From sequence record SRR31156797_4985: a DNA stretch of 51,011 bases; one strand, given 5' to 3'. Positions within the stretch are counted from its first letter, which is position 1. Each line of letters starts with the position of its first letter. Below the pieces are notes generated by a model. The model did not search any database. It had not been told where the DNA came from and saw only the letters and a program-made list of their open reading frames with translations. Positions 1 to 8,215 of the stretch are shown here, in pieces. Both the position numbers and the translations under genes were made by a program.

Positions 1-1
1 C

Positions 2-133
2 AAAACAGAAATCAGCTGGTGGATATTTGCTTTAGCAGGAGTAATTGCCTTAGGTATTGCATTAATAACCGTTGGCTGGCAAAGTTGGAAGGCCGCTACA
101 AGAAACCCGGTGGAAGCTTTGAGGTATGAGTAG
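2..133 (+). CDS. 3' end of ABC transporter permease (FtsX/MacB-like), partial
   Basis: Frame from position 2 reads KTEISWWIFALAGVIALGIALITVGWQSWKAATRNPVEALRYE*, the typical C-terminus of Bacteroidota MacB/FtsX-type permeases. Confidence 0.9.
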   Translation, partial: KTEISWWIFALAGVIALGIALITVGWQSWKAATRNPVEALRYE

Positions 134-135
134 GC

Positions 136-900
136 TTATTTGTCCTTTAACGAAGCATTTAATAAGTTGAGCACATGTTGCTTTCGTTGACGGGAGATAC
201 TGATAGATGTTCCATCTTGCATTTTAATGTAACCACCATCCTGCTTTTCGTAGGAACGTACAAATTTTAAATTGATAAGGTGAGACTGGTGAACACGTAT
301 AAAGCCATTCTCACCTAATAACTCCTCATATTCTTTCAGGGTTTTGGAGACTAACACCGATTCTCCATTTTTTAAAAATACAGAGGTGTAATTATTTTCT
401 CCCAGGCAATGGCTTATTTCTGCTACTTTCACGTACATTACTCTTTCGGCTGTTGGTAATGCTATGGTATGGTTTTCGGAATTAGTATGCGCATTCTTCA
501 GCATATTCTGAATTCCCTGATTACTTGTTTTGTTTTTAATTGCCTGTATAGCTCGGTCAACTGCTGTTTTAAGTTCTAGTATGTTGATAGGTTTGAGTAG
601 GTAATCAATAGCACAAAGTCGGATGGCTTTAATGGCATACTGATCGTAAGCTGTCACAAAAATTACCTCAAAAGGAACGGGCTGTAGCTTTTCCAATAAA
701 TCGAATCCTGTTCCCCCAGGCATTTGAATGTCCAGAAAAACCAATTGGGGTGACAATTGCCGGATTAAATCGAAACCTTCTACAGCGCTATATGCCTGTC
801 CTGTTATTTCTATTTCATGGCAATACTGCTGAATGAGTTGTTTAAGATTCTCGCAATTATTTTGCTCATCATCAATAATTATAGCTGATATTTTTTGCAT
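136..900 (-). CDS. LytTR-family response regulator
   Basis: Receiver motifs IIDDE, FLDIQMP, FVTAY, LLKP; C-terminal LytTR (FIRVHQSHLIN, ISRQRK). Start moved to ATG at 900, next to the kinase stop. Confidence 0.95.
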   Translation of the reverse strand: MQKISAIIIDDEQNNCENLKQLIQQYCHEIEITGQAYSAVEGFDLIRQLSPQLVFLDIQMPGGTGFDLLEKLQPVPFEVIFVTAYDQYAIKAIRLCAIDYLLKPINILELKTAVDRAIQAIKNKTSNQGIQNMLKNAHTNSENHTIALPTAERVMYVKVAEISHCLGENNYTSVFLKNGESVLVSKTLKEYEELLGENGFIRVHQSHLINLKFVRSYEKQDGGYIKMQDGTSISISRQRKQHVLNLLNASLKDK

Positions 901-901
901 C

Positions 902-3832
902 TTATTGCTCTGTTTCAAAGGTTATTTCAACTTGTGTTCCGGTTTCTGAAGAATTCAATTGTTTTCGATCCAGCATTTTAAAATCAATATGCTGTTTGTA
1001 TTTTGCCATCATCAGTTCAATACGTTTTTGGGTAAGTCCAATTCCTTTGCCGTTTGATTGGGTATGAGAATTGGCTTTCCCATTTAATCCTTTTCCGTTA
1101 TCTATAATGCGAACAATTACTGTGTGTTCCGATTGTTTTTTAATATCTATTTGAATGATACCCTTGTCTGACAGATAGCTCACCCCATGAATCACGGCAT
1201 TCTCCACAAAGGGTTGTAGCAACATCACTGGAATTTCCGTATTATACAAATCAATCGATTCATCAATATTAATTTGATACAGAAAGCTGTGACGCAAGGC
1301 TTCCAGTTCCAGGTAAGTTTTAATGGTTTCTATTTCATCATGCAAAGGAATCATCTCCACTTCGGATTGGAACAGAATTTTTCGCATTAAGCCGGCAAAC
1401 TTCGATAAAAACAAATTGGCTTTTTCTATATGTTGATGATTCACCAGATATTGAATAGAGCTCATGGCATTAAATAAGAAATGCGGATTCAACTGCGAAC
1501 GAACCGCTTTCAATCTTAGTTCTAGTTGCTCACGTTGGGCAGCTTCGCGTTTTTTTATTCGGCGAGGAATCAAAATGATTAATAAAACACCCAGCATTAT
1601 CAAAACGCCTGATACAGCTAGAACCCAATAAAGGGTTCTTTGGTTAAAAGCCGCATTTTCTTCATTTTTAGTAACCTTTGTAATCATTTCGATGAGAACA
1701 TCTGCATTAAACTCCGAATCACCAAAACCGATATTAGGCGTTATAATCTTTTGATCAGGGCTTATTAAAAAAATAGCATCTTGCCTGGGGTTTCGGAATA
1801 ATTTCATCTGGTCTAATTGCCAATCTGGATTTTTAACTACAACACCTTTTTTAGGTTGTGATTGGATATACTGATTATTTAAACTATCGTTCTTATTTAC
1901 AAATACAGTTATAAGTTCAAACTGGTTATTTGGCAATTCCGATTTCATTTTCAAGTAATTTTCATATGCCGTTGTTTGATGTCCATATTGTACATCAATA
2001 AATAAAAGCAACACATATTTCCCTTTATAATCGGATATGTTTTTTGTACGGCCAGTTATGTCGGTAAATGAAAAATTAGGAATGGTATGCCCATAATCAA
2101 GCCTTGACCGTTCTTCCAGTCGTCTGTTTAAAGTCTGATAGAATTCAGTTCCATTATAGAATTTTTCATAATCGTTGAGCAGTAATTTTGCAGCACTAAA
2201 GTCATAACTATCAATAGTATTGTATATAATTTGTGATAGAGGCACATATGCAGTTTGATGCTTAAACAGCATCTTAGCCAAATAGAATTTCTCTTCATTA
2301 GAAATAACGAATGATCTTGTCCACTCCATACTTTTTACTTCATCATATTTTCTAAGGAGATATATATTTACAAAATCTCTATATTCAAGCGAACTGATAC
2401 AATTATATTTATCCCATAGGATATCTTTAAATAATTTATGAAAAAGGTTTTTAGCCCCATGTTCATAATGTTTGGGATTATAGTAATCCATTAAACAATT
2501 GTTTGCCCTGTAATAAATTTCACATTTTAAGTGCTGAAAAGCCCATGCAGAAAGTGAATCACGATGCGACTCCAAAAGTCTGAACTGATGATTTTGCCAT
2601 TCTTTGGTCTTCTGCATAACTTCTTCAACAGGCCTGTCTAAACTTACCTCTATAGGTGAAGTTTGCATATTTCTAAGCAAAGTATTTTTTAAGCTTCCCT
2701 TTCCCGAGTATGCGATTTGTTGATTGGAAACCAACAAGTGAATCTGATCGCCGGGTTCAATTAAAAAGTTAGAAGGCGATTCTGAATGATTTAGTTTGTT
2801 AGTCTCTAGCCGCAAAGCAATAGGACGCTTTAAAGATGTTTGCAGCTGCATTGTTTTTTCCTTTTGTAAAGTGGTATCTAATTCAAAAATATCAAAATCG
2901 ATATATTTAAGGTATGCAAAACATTTTAGAGGAATTGAATCAATCCCTTCACTCAAGTTGGCAGTTATTCTTATCTGATCATTATCCGGGAATACCTTTT
3001 GAATGCTGGTTTCAATTTTAATTGGTTTATCCTGATATCCTACCGAAAAATCATTTATTATGGTTGTAGTGGTGCTCTTGAGGGATGTGATTAATCCGTT
3101 TGATTTATCAATCTTACATACTCCATTCATTTGCAGAGAATCTACACTGTAAGAAAAACAATTATATATTCTGGCCAGGTACATTGGAGAAGAGAAACTA
3201 CTTTTCTTTTTAAGACGAATATCTACATCCTGTTTATTTTTGGTTAGCTGTTGATATTCAATTTCAAATTTACCAGTTTTATTACCAGTCTCAGTTTTAC
3301 CATTATTTATTTTGCTTAGATTTATAATAAACTGATTAAGGAATTGCACTAGAATGGGGCCTTCTTCTTTTAAGTATTTTTGTAATCCATTTAGATCAAA
3401 TTTATTAGATGTTTCTTGCTTTGCAATGCGATAAGCGGTTGAGTCCGGAATAGTTTGGGTTAGATGTTCTCCTTTTTTGCTAATTTGAAATGGTATTTTC
3501 GTTGAGTACATAAGTGCACCGGCATTGCTGGTATATCCATTTCTACTGTCCTCAAAATTATCCTGGTTTCCTTCTTGTATTCTTTCAAAAGAACCGATTA
3601 TCCAGTAGGAAGAATCATTCTTTTCTGTTACCTCTAACTTAACCCAGTGAGTAATATAATCTTGATCAACACCATCTAACAATAAGTTATGCTGCATTTT
3701 GTAATGTAATACATCTCCCACTTTGAGTTTCAACTCCTTGTTTTGAGCCTTGGAAGTGCTTAACCTAGCCAATAATAATAGCATCATCAATGCTACTTGT
3801 AATAATCGTTTAGGATGATTTGTGATTTTCAT
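902..3832 (-). CDS. LytS-type sensor histidine kinase with a large extracytoplasmic region including a redoxin-like domain
   Basis: Signal peptide, one TM (LYWVLAVSGVLIMLGVLLIILI), H-box SQLNPHFLFN, QPFVENAVIHG, DNGKG, GIGL. ATG at 3832 preferred over TTG at 3841. Confidence 0.9.
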   Translation of the reverse strand: MKITNHPKRLLQVALMMLLLLARLSTSKAQNKELKLKVGDVLHYKMQHNLLLDGVDQDYITHWVKLEVTEKNDSSYWIIGSFERIQEGNQDNFEDSRNGYTSNAGALMYSTKIPFQISKKGEHLTQTIPDSTAYRIAKQETSNKFDLNGLQKYLKEEGPILVQFLNQFIINLSKINNGKTETGNKTGKFEIEYQQLTKNKQDVDIRLKKKSSFSSPMYLARIYNCFSYSVDSLQMNGVCKIDKSNGLITSLKSTTTTIINDFSVGYQDKPIKIETSIQKVFPDNDQIRITANLSEGIDSIPLKCFAYLKYIDFDIFELDTTLQKEKTMQLQTSLKRPIALRLETNKLNHSESPSNFLIEPGDQIHLLVSNQQIAYSGKGSLKNTLLRNMQTSPIEVSLDRPVEEVMQKTKEWQNHQFRLLESHRDSLSAWAFQHLKCEIYYRANNCLMDYYNPKHYEHGAKNLFHKLFKDILWDKYNCISSLEYRDFVNIYLLRKYDEVKSMEWTRSFVISNEEKFYLAKMLFKHQTAYVPLSQIIYNTIDSYDFSAAKLLLNDYEKFYNGTEFYQTLNRRLEERSRLDYGHTIPNFSFTDITGRTKNISDYKGKYVLLLFIDVQYGHQTTAYENYLKMKSELPNNQFELITVFVNKNDSLNNQYIQSQPKKGVVVKNPDWQLDQMKLFRNPRQDAIFLISPDQKIITPNIGFGDSEFNADVLIEMITKVTKNEENAAFNQRTLYWVLAVSGVLIMLGVLLIILIPRRIKKREAAQREQLELRLKAVRSQLNPHFLFNAMSSIQYLVNHQHIEKANLFLSKFAGLMRKILFQSEVEMIPLHDEIETIKTYLELEALRHSFLYQINIDESIDLYNTEIPVMLLQPFVENAVIHGVSYLSDKGIIQIDIKKQSEHTVIVRIIDNGKGLNGKANSHTQSNGKGIGLTQKRIELMMAKYKQHIDFKMLDRKQLNSSETGTQVEITFETEQ

Positions 3833-3969
3833 AGCGAACAATTTTAGTTATTTTTTAATTTATCGATACTAAAATCGCCGCTTTATTTATGATGATCGTA
3901 TGTAAATGAGAATTTGGCAGGGTTGGTTTAGAATATGGTTAGAGATGAGGATTTTATGCCTTATAAATC

Positions 3970-4009
3970 AAAAAATCCGGTTGTACATATTATTGTAGTA
4001 TACCGGATT
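3970..4009 (-). terminator. Intrinsic terminator of the small ORF
   Basis: Minus strand AATCCGG...CCGGATT stem running into a T tract and overlapping the TAA of the 45-aa ORF. Confidence 0.6.
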
Positions 4010-4127
4010 CATTTGTTTCTTGTTGGCATAAAGCCATCAGTTTTCTTACCTCTTGTACTTCGCTTTCATACTCCCAGTAATCGGGGTGCTGCACAAGATA
4101 CTCTTCTAACAATTGCTTTGCGTTCAT
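3990..4127 (-). CDS. Small hypothetical protein, 45 aa (not in the ORF track)
   Basis: MNAKQLLEEYLVQHPDYWEYESEVQEVRKLMALCQQETNESGILQ*, with a TATTTTTG box at 4168-4175 upstream and a terminator at its stop. Confidence 0.6.
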   Translation of the reverse strand: MNAKQLLEEYLVQHPDYWEYESEVQEVRKLMALCQQETNESGILQ

Positions 4128-4167
4128 AGCTCTAAAATTTTAATGTTAGTAATGTAACTTATTAATA

Positions 4168-4175
4168 CAAAAATA
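4168..4175 (-). promoter_or_regulatory. Bacteroidota -7 promoter box
   Basis: TATTTTTG matches TAnnTTTG, about 40 nt upstream of the small ORF. Confidence 0.55.
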
Positions 4176-4289
4176 AAGAGATATGATGCCTTGTGGATCA
4201 AGAATATCCTATATTGATGTTATTTTTATGTTAGGGGATCAGGTTAATTTGTCATTTATTGGTTTATAAGTAAATAATTATAATGTATG

Positions 4290-4297
4290 TATATTTG
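4290..4297 (+). promoter_or_regulatory. Bacteroidota -7 promoter box
   Basis: TATATTTG 26 nt upstream of the GNAT ATG. Confidence 0.55.
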
Positions 4298-4323
4298 TTT
4301 GATAACGGAATTAGCTCAGACAA

Positions 4324-4812
4324 ATGAACCACAATTTTACCCTTAAAGAATATTCAAAAGAAGATATTCATGCCATAACAGAAATTTTCAATTACTACAT
4401 TACCAACAGCTATGCAGCCTATCCCGAGGAGCTTTTCTCACCCGAATTTGTAGAGCAGATACTTGATAGTGAGTTGCCAAAGTTTGTAGTAAGTGATGAT
4501 GGTAAAGTAATAGGATTTGCTATGGCCTATCAATATCATCCGGCCAAAGTTTTCGATAGAACAACCAAATTCGCCTATTTTATAATGCCGGAATATACGC
4601 ACAAGGGTTTAGGAAAAATGTTACTTCAGCAACTGGAATTAGTTTGCAGAAGCATTTCCATAGAATCAGTGCTCGTTCATATTTCATCTTTAAATAAGCC
4701 AAGTATTCAATTTCACTTGAAGAATGGTTTTAAAGAATGTGGTCGTTTTAAAAAGGTGGGTAAGAAGTTTGGGAAGGACTTTGACGATGTTTGGATGCAA
4801 AAAATGCTTTAG
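4324..4812 (+). CDS. GNAT N-acetyltransferase (phosphinothricin acetyltransferase/YncA-like)
   Basis: IFNYYI, acetyl-CoA motif THKGLGK, NKPSIQFHLKNGF, VGKKFG..DDVWMQ. Confidence 0.9.
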   Translation: MNHNFTLKEYSKEDIHAITEIFNYYITNSYAAYPEELFSPEFVEQILDSELPKFVVSDDGKVIGFAMAYQYHPAKVFDRTTKFAYFIMPEYTHKGLGKMLLQQLELVCRSISIESVLVHISSLNKPSIQFHLKNGFKECGRFKKVGKKFGKDFDDVWMQKML

Positions 4813-4911
4813 AATAAGTTGGTACTAATCCTGGTATGCTAGATAAGGGTAATGCCAAACATTTCATATACTTATGTGTTCTTTATCTATTGAAACCTAA
4901 AAGCCATCCAA

Positions 4912-5520
4912 ATGAAAGCTAGACAATTATCCCTGATTGCTGGAATCAGTTACCTGATTATATTTTTTGCCGCCATATTTGCCAATTTCATGGTGATTGA
5001 GTCTATACTCAAAGATCCGATCGAAACCATACAACAACATCATCAGATGGTTAGGTTTGGGATTATGGCCTTTCTTATCACTGTTGTTTTTGATGTTGTA
5101 GTAGCCTGGGCATTGTACGAATTGTATAAAACACATGCTTTGTCCGGACTAAGTGCTGTATTTAGAATAATACATGCTACCGTTATGGGCGTAGCTGTTT
5201 TTGCGCTTCCGGTAGCTTTAGAAGCAACCACAGCGGAATCCATCCTGCATCAAATAGATATCTTTAATATTGTCTGGCTTATTGGATTGTTTATCTTTGG
5301 TATTCACCTGATTATGCTTAGCCGAATTATAAAGAAGCCAGCATTTATTATGCTTTTTTTATTGTTGGCAGGTGTCATGTATATGATCGATACGGCTGCC
5401 CATTTTTTAATGGCCAACTACGACGATTACAGTTCTGTGTTTTTAGCTTTGGTAGCCATACCAAGTATATTTGGGGAGATGGCGTTTTCTATTTGGTTGT
5501 TGGTAAAGGGAGGAAAGTAA
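4912..5520 (+). CDS. Multi-pass membrane protein (DUF4386-like)
   Basis: About 6 TM segments; AGISYL, DVVVAWALY and GEMAFSIWLLVKG recall DUF4386. Confidence 0.75.
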   Translation: MKARQLSLIAGISYLIIFFAAIFANFMVIESILKDPIETIQQHHQMVRFGIMAFLITVVFDVVVAWALYELYKTHALSGLSAVFRIIHATVMGVAVFALPVALEATTAESILHQIDIFNIVWLIGLFIFGIHLIMLSRIIKKPAFIMLFLLLAGVMYMIDTAAHFLMANYDDYSSVFLALVAIPSIFGEMAFSIWLLVKGGK

Positions 5521-5539
5521 TAATTAGAAATCAAACTAC

Positions 5540-6313
5540 ATGTTATCATTCTTTCGAAAGATCAGACAATCATTATTAACTGGGAACAGGTTCAGCAGAT
5601 ATTTACTGTATGCTTTGGGTGAAATTGTGCTGGTGGTAGCTGGTATCTTAATAGCCCTTTCGATAAATAACATGAACCAGAATAGGATCAATCGTAAGAA
5701 TGAGCAAATCTATTTATTGGGATTAAAACAAGAGTTTAGCATTAGTAAAAACAAACTGAAAGAACTAATTCATGTCAACAAGCATAACTATAATGGAGCG
5801 ATAAAAATTCTGGAGCAAATCGCACATAAAAAGCCACGTATAGAAGAAAAGGATTTTTCGAATCTTCTTTTTGATACCTTTTCATCGGATGTGGCATTTA
5901 ATCCGAATAACTCTCTTTTAATTGAAATCATTAGCTCCGGTAATCTAAAAAATATATCCAATCCAACGCTTCGTATTCAGCTGACCAGCTGGATTTCTAC
6001 GTTAGAGGATATTTCAAGACAGGAAAAAGATCTGGAAAAGCAAAGGGAATATGTGCTTAACCTACTTCGATCGGATAAATACAGTCTGGGTACTATATTT
6101 AAACAAGCCGGTGTGTATGATGCCTTGCATTTACCTCCAACCGCAGTAAATATAAGCAACTTAAATCTGTTGGAGTCTACTGAATTTAAAAATAACCTTC
6201 TCATGTTTGTATTAGCCAGTCATGCCACTGAGGAAGCACATTATTTGCCTTTGATGCAAGATTTAATGAGTATATTGGAAATAATAGAACAGGAAATTGA
6301 TTCAACTAATTAA
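5540..6313 (+). CDS. DUF6090-like membrane-anchored protein
   Basis: N-terminus FFRKIRQSLL..RYLLYALGEIVLVVAGILIALSINN; internal SSGNLKNISN. Confidence 0.8.
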   Translation: MLSFFRKIRQSLLTGNRFSRYLLYALGEIVLVVAGILIALSINNMNQNRINRKNEQIYLLGLKQEFSISKNKLKELIHVNKHNYNGAIKILEQIAHKKPRIEEKDFSNLLFDTFSSDVAFNPNNSLLIEIISSGNLKNISNPTLRIQLTSWISTLEDISRQEKDLEKQREYVLNLLRSDKYSLGTIFKQAGVYDALHLPPTAVNISNLNLLESTEFKNNLLMFVLASHATEEAHYLPLMQDLMSILEIIEQEIDSTN

Positions 6314-6345
6314 GTAAGCCTTCAAAGTTAGCCAGATATATACTA

Positions 6346-6519
6346 CTCAAACAACTTGAGCACACTGCTCAGACTATCTGTAGTACCCGTGTCAGATAAC
6401 CATGAGGTACCGGATCAAACAACCATGAGGTATTGGGTCAAACAATCATGAGGTACTGGGTCAAACAACCGTAAGGGTACGGATCAGATAATCGCGAATA
6501 TACAAATCAGAAAATATGG
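6346..6519. repeat. Degenerate 23-bp tandem repeat (4 well-conserved units, about 7-8 in total)
   Basis: Units at 6391 GTCAGATAACCATGAGGTACCGG, 6414 ATCAAACAACCATGAGGTATTGG, 6437 GTCAAACAATCATGAGGTACTGG, 6460 GTCAAACAACCGTAAGGGTACGG; weaker at 6346, 6368, 6483, 6506. Confidence 0.85.
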
Positions 6520-6800
6520 ATTCACCTCTTCTACTATTAGGGATAGTTATTCTTAATAGTTAGGGGTGCATATATCTTATGATAAGGGATACTCACCCCC
6601 TATAACCATGTATAGTCATCCTTTAATTATATATAAACCCGGATATATTAGAATATTGCACAAATAATATATATTTTGGGATCGTAATACTGTTAAACCT
6701 AATTTATTGAATAGGATACCCCTTATATATGCAAGGATGTTACTGAGTAAAGAGCATCTTATTATTCGGTTCCTTAATTCATTTATAAGACATTTATTGC

Positions 6801-7511
6801 ATGGATACTGATAAAATTAAAGTCAAGCTAAAGCGTCATATCTCCTTACTCAAAAAAGAATTTAAACACTTTAAACGCGGAGTAAAGGTTAACTCGCAAT
6901 GGTATGGCAATGCATATGGAGGTTTTTTTGCACATCCCGATGCTATTAAGGATACTTCCATTGTTTATTCATTTGGTATAGGCGAGGATATTAGCTTTGA
7001 CTTATCCCTATATCAGGCGCATAAATGTCAGGTTTTTTGTTTTGATCCTACTCCTAAATCCATTGCCTGGATGAGCAAACAGGAACTTCCTCAAACCTTC
7101 TCGTTTTACGATTACGGCATTGGCAGTAAAGATGAAAAGGTAGATTTTTACCTGCCTAAAAACCAGGATCACGTTTCGGGAAGCCTTATACAGCATAAAA
7201 ACATCAATGCAGAAAATAAGGTGGAAGTGCAGATGAGGACCTTGCAAAGTGTGGTGTCTGAATTAGGACATACACATATTGATGTACTCAAAATGGATGT
7301 GGAAGGCGTGGAATATGATGTGGTAGAAGATGTTTTAAATGCAGATGTTAGCATAGGTCAGATACTTATTGAATTTCACGATCGTTTTTTTGAAGACGGC
7401 TTACATAAATCCAGAGAGGTAGTTCAGAAACTCAATGCCAAAGGATACCAGGTATTCGCCGTATCCGATTCTTTAGAGGAAGTATCTTTTATTCATCAAT
7501 CTTTATTGTAG
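6801..7511 (+). CDS. FkbM-family SAM-dependent methyltransferase
   Basis: VYSFGIGEDISFD, FDPTP, IDVLKMDVEGVE, QILIEFH. Confidence 0.9.
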   Translation: MDTDKIKVKLKRHISLLKKEFKHFKRGVKVNSQWYGNAYGGFFAHPDAIKDTSIVYSFGIGEDISFDLSLYQAHKCQVFCFDPTPKSIAWMSKQELPQTFSFYDYGIGSKDEKVDFYLPKNQDHVSGSLIQHKNINAENKVEVQMRTLQSVVSELGHTHIDVLKMDVEGVEYDVVEDVLNADVSIGQILIEFHDRFFEDGLHKSREVVQKLNAKGYQVFAVSDSLEEVSFIHQSLL

Positions 7512-7602
7512 AATTAGATAATTACGATTAACAAAATGAGTTTAGGGAGTTGTTGTGTTTCATACTAAAACCGTACTGCTAAAAAACTGCATATAATCTG
7601 AA

Positions 7603-8088
7603 ATGTTATTTCCATTCTCTATTAAATATCAAAAACGTCTGAAAGGGGAACTTAATTTCGACTCAAGAATAAAGACAATGAATTATATTGAATCCTTTAT
7701 TCGTGAAAGGAAAGGAGATGTTCTAAGCTCTACTGAGAATGAATTGAATTTTAAATCCTCTTTATTTCGAGGTCATTCATTGGACATATTAGGACCTATT
7801 GAGAAAGGTAAATTCAGAATCATACAGAAAAATGAAAAAATAGTTCTAACATATGAATTCTTCATGTATAGACTTTTTATTATTGCTACAATAATATCTG
7901 TTGTTGTTGGACTTGGGACTAAAGAATTAAATTTTGGTATTATGGCTTTTATTTGGTTAGGCATAGTAAATTGGCTTATTGCATTAATTAGACACAGAAT
8001 AATGTTAGTTGATATTACTATTGAAATTGACTCGATGACTAACACTAATAATGAACGTGAAAAAAGTACAACACATAACAATGGCTAA
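7603..8088 (+). CDS. Hypothetical 2-TM membrane protein (putative cassette gene 1)
   Basis: 161-aa ORF with two hydrophobic helices; its C-terminus (KSTTHNNG*) reads into the downstream hairpin. Confidence 0.75.
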   Translation: MLFPFSIKYQKRLKGELNFDSRIKTMNYIESFIRERKGDVLSSTENELNFKSSLFRGHSLDILGPIEKGKFRIIQKNEKIVLTYEFFMYRLFIIATIISVVVGLGTKELNFGIMAFIWLGIVNWLIALIRHRIMLVDITIEIDSMTNTNNEREKSTTHNNG

Positions 8089-8207
8089 TAAAGCATGGCT
8101 CTTATTGCTCGTCTTGACACTTGTATCTACTGTCGAGTTTTCCCTTCGGTTGACACGACACCACGACAAAAGCGCCACGACTTCATAGCCTTAACATTGG
8201 GCGTAAT
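8065..8207 (+). mobile_element. attC-like recombination site (imperfect hairpin between cassette genes)
   Basis: ACATAAC (8073-8079), arm GGCTAATAAAGCATGGC (8083-8099), arm GCCACGACTTCATAGCC (8174-8190), ATTGGGC (8196-8202); the arms pair with single bulged bases. Confidence 0.6.
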
Positions 8208-8215
8208 TAAATTAT

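Noticed and set aside
3935-4129. 64-aa plus-strand ORF
   Set aside because: Antisense shadow of the 45-aa minus-strand ORF, which has promoter and terminator support
4818-4829. GTTGGTACTAAT as a cassette start before the DUF4386-like gene
   Set aside because: No convincing complementary end or hairpin after the downstream genes
6346-6519. CRISPR array
   Set aside because: Units abut with no unique spacers, repeats are degenerate, and no cas genes are present
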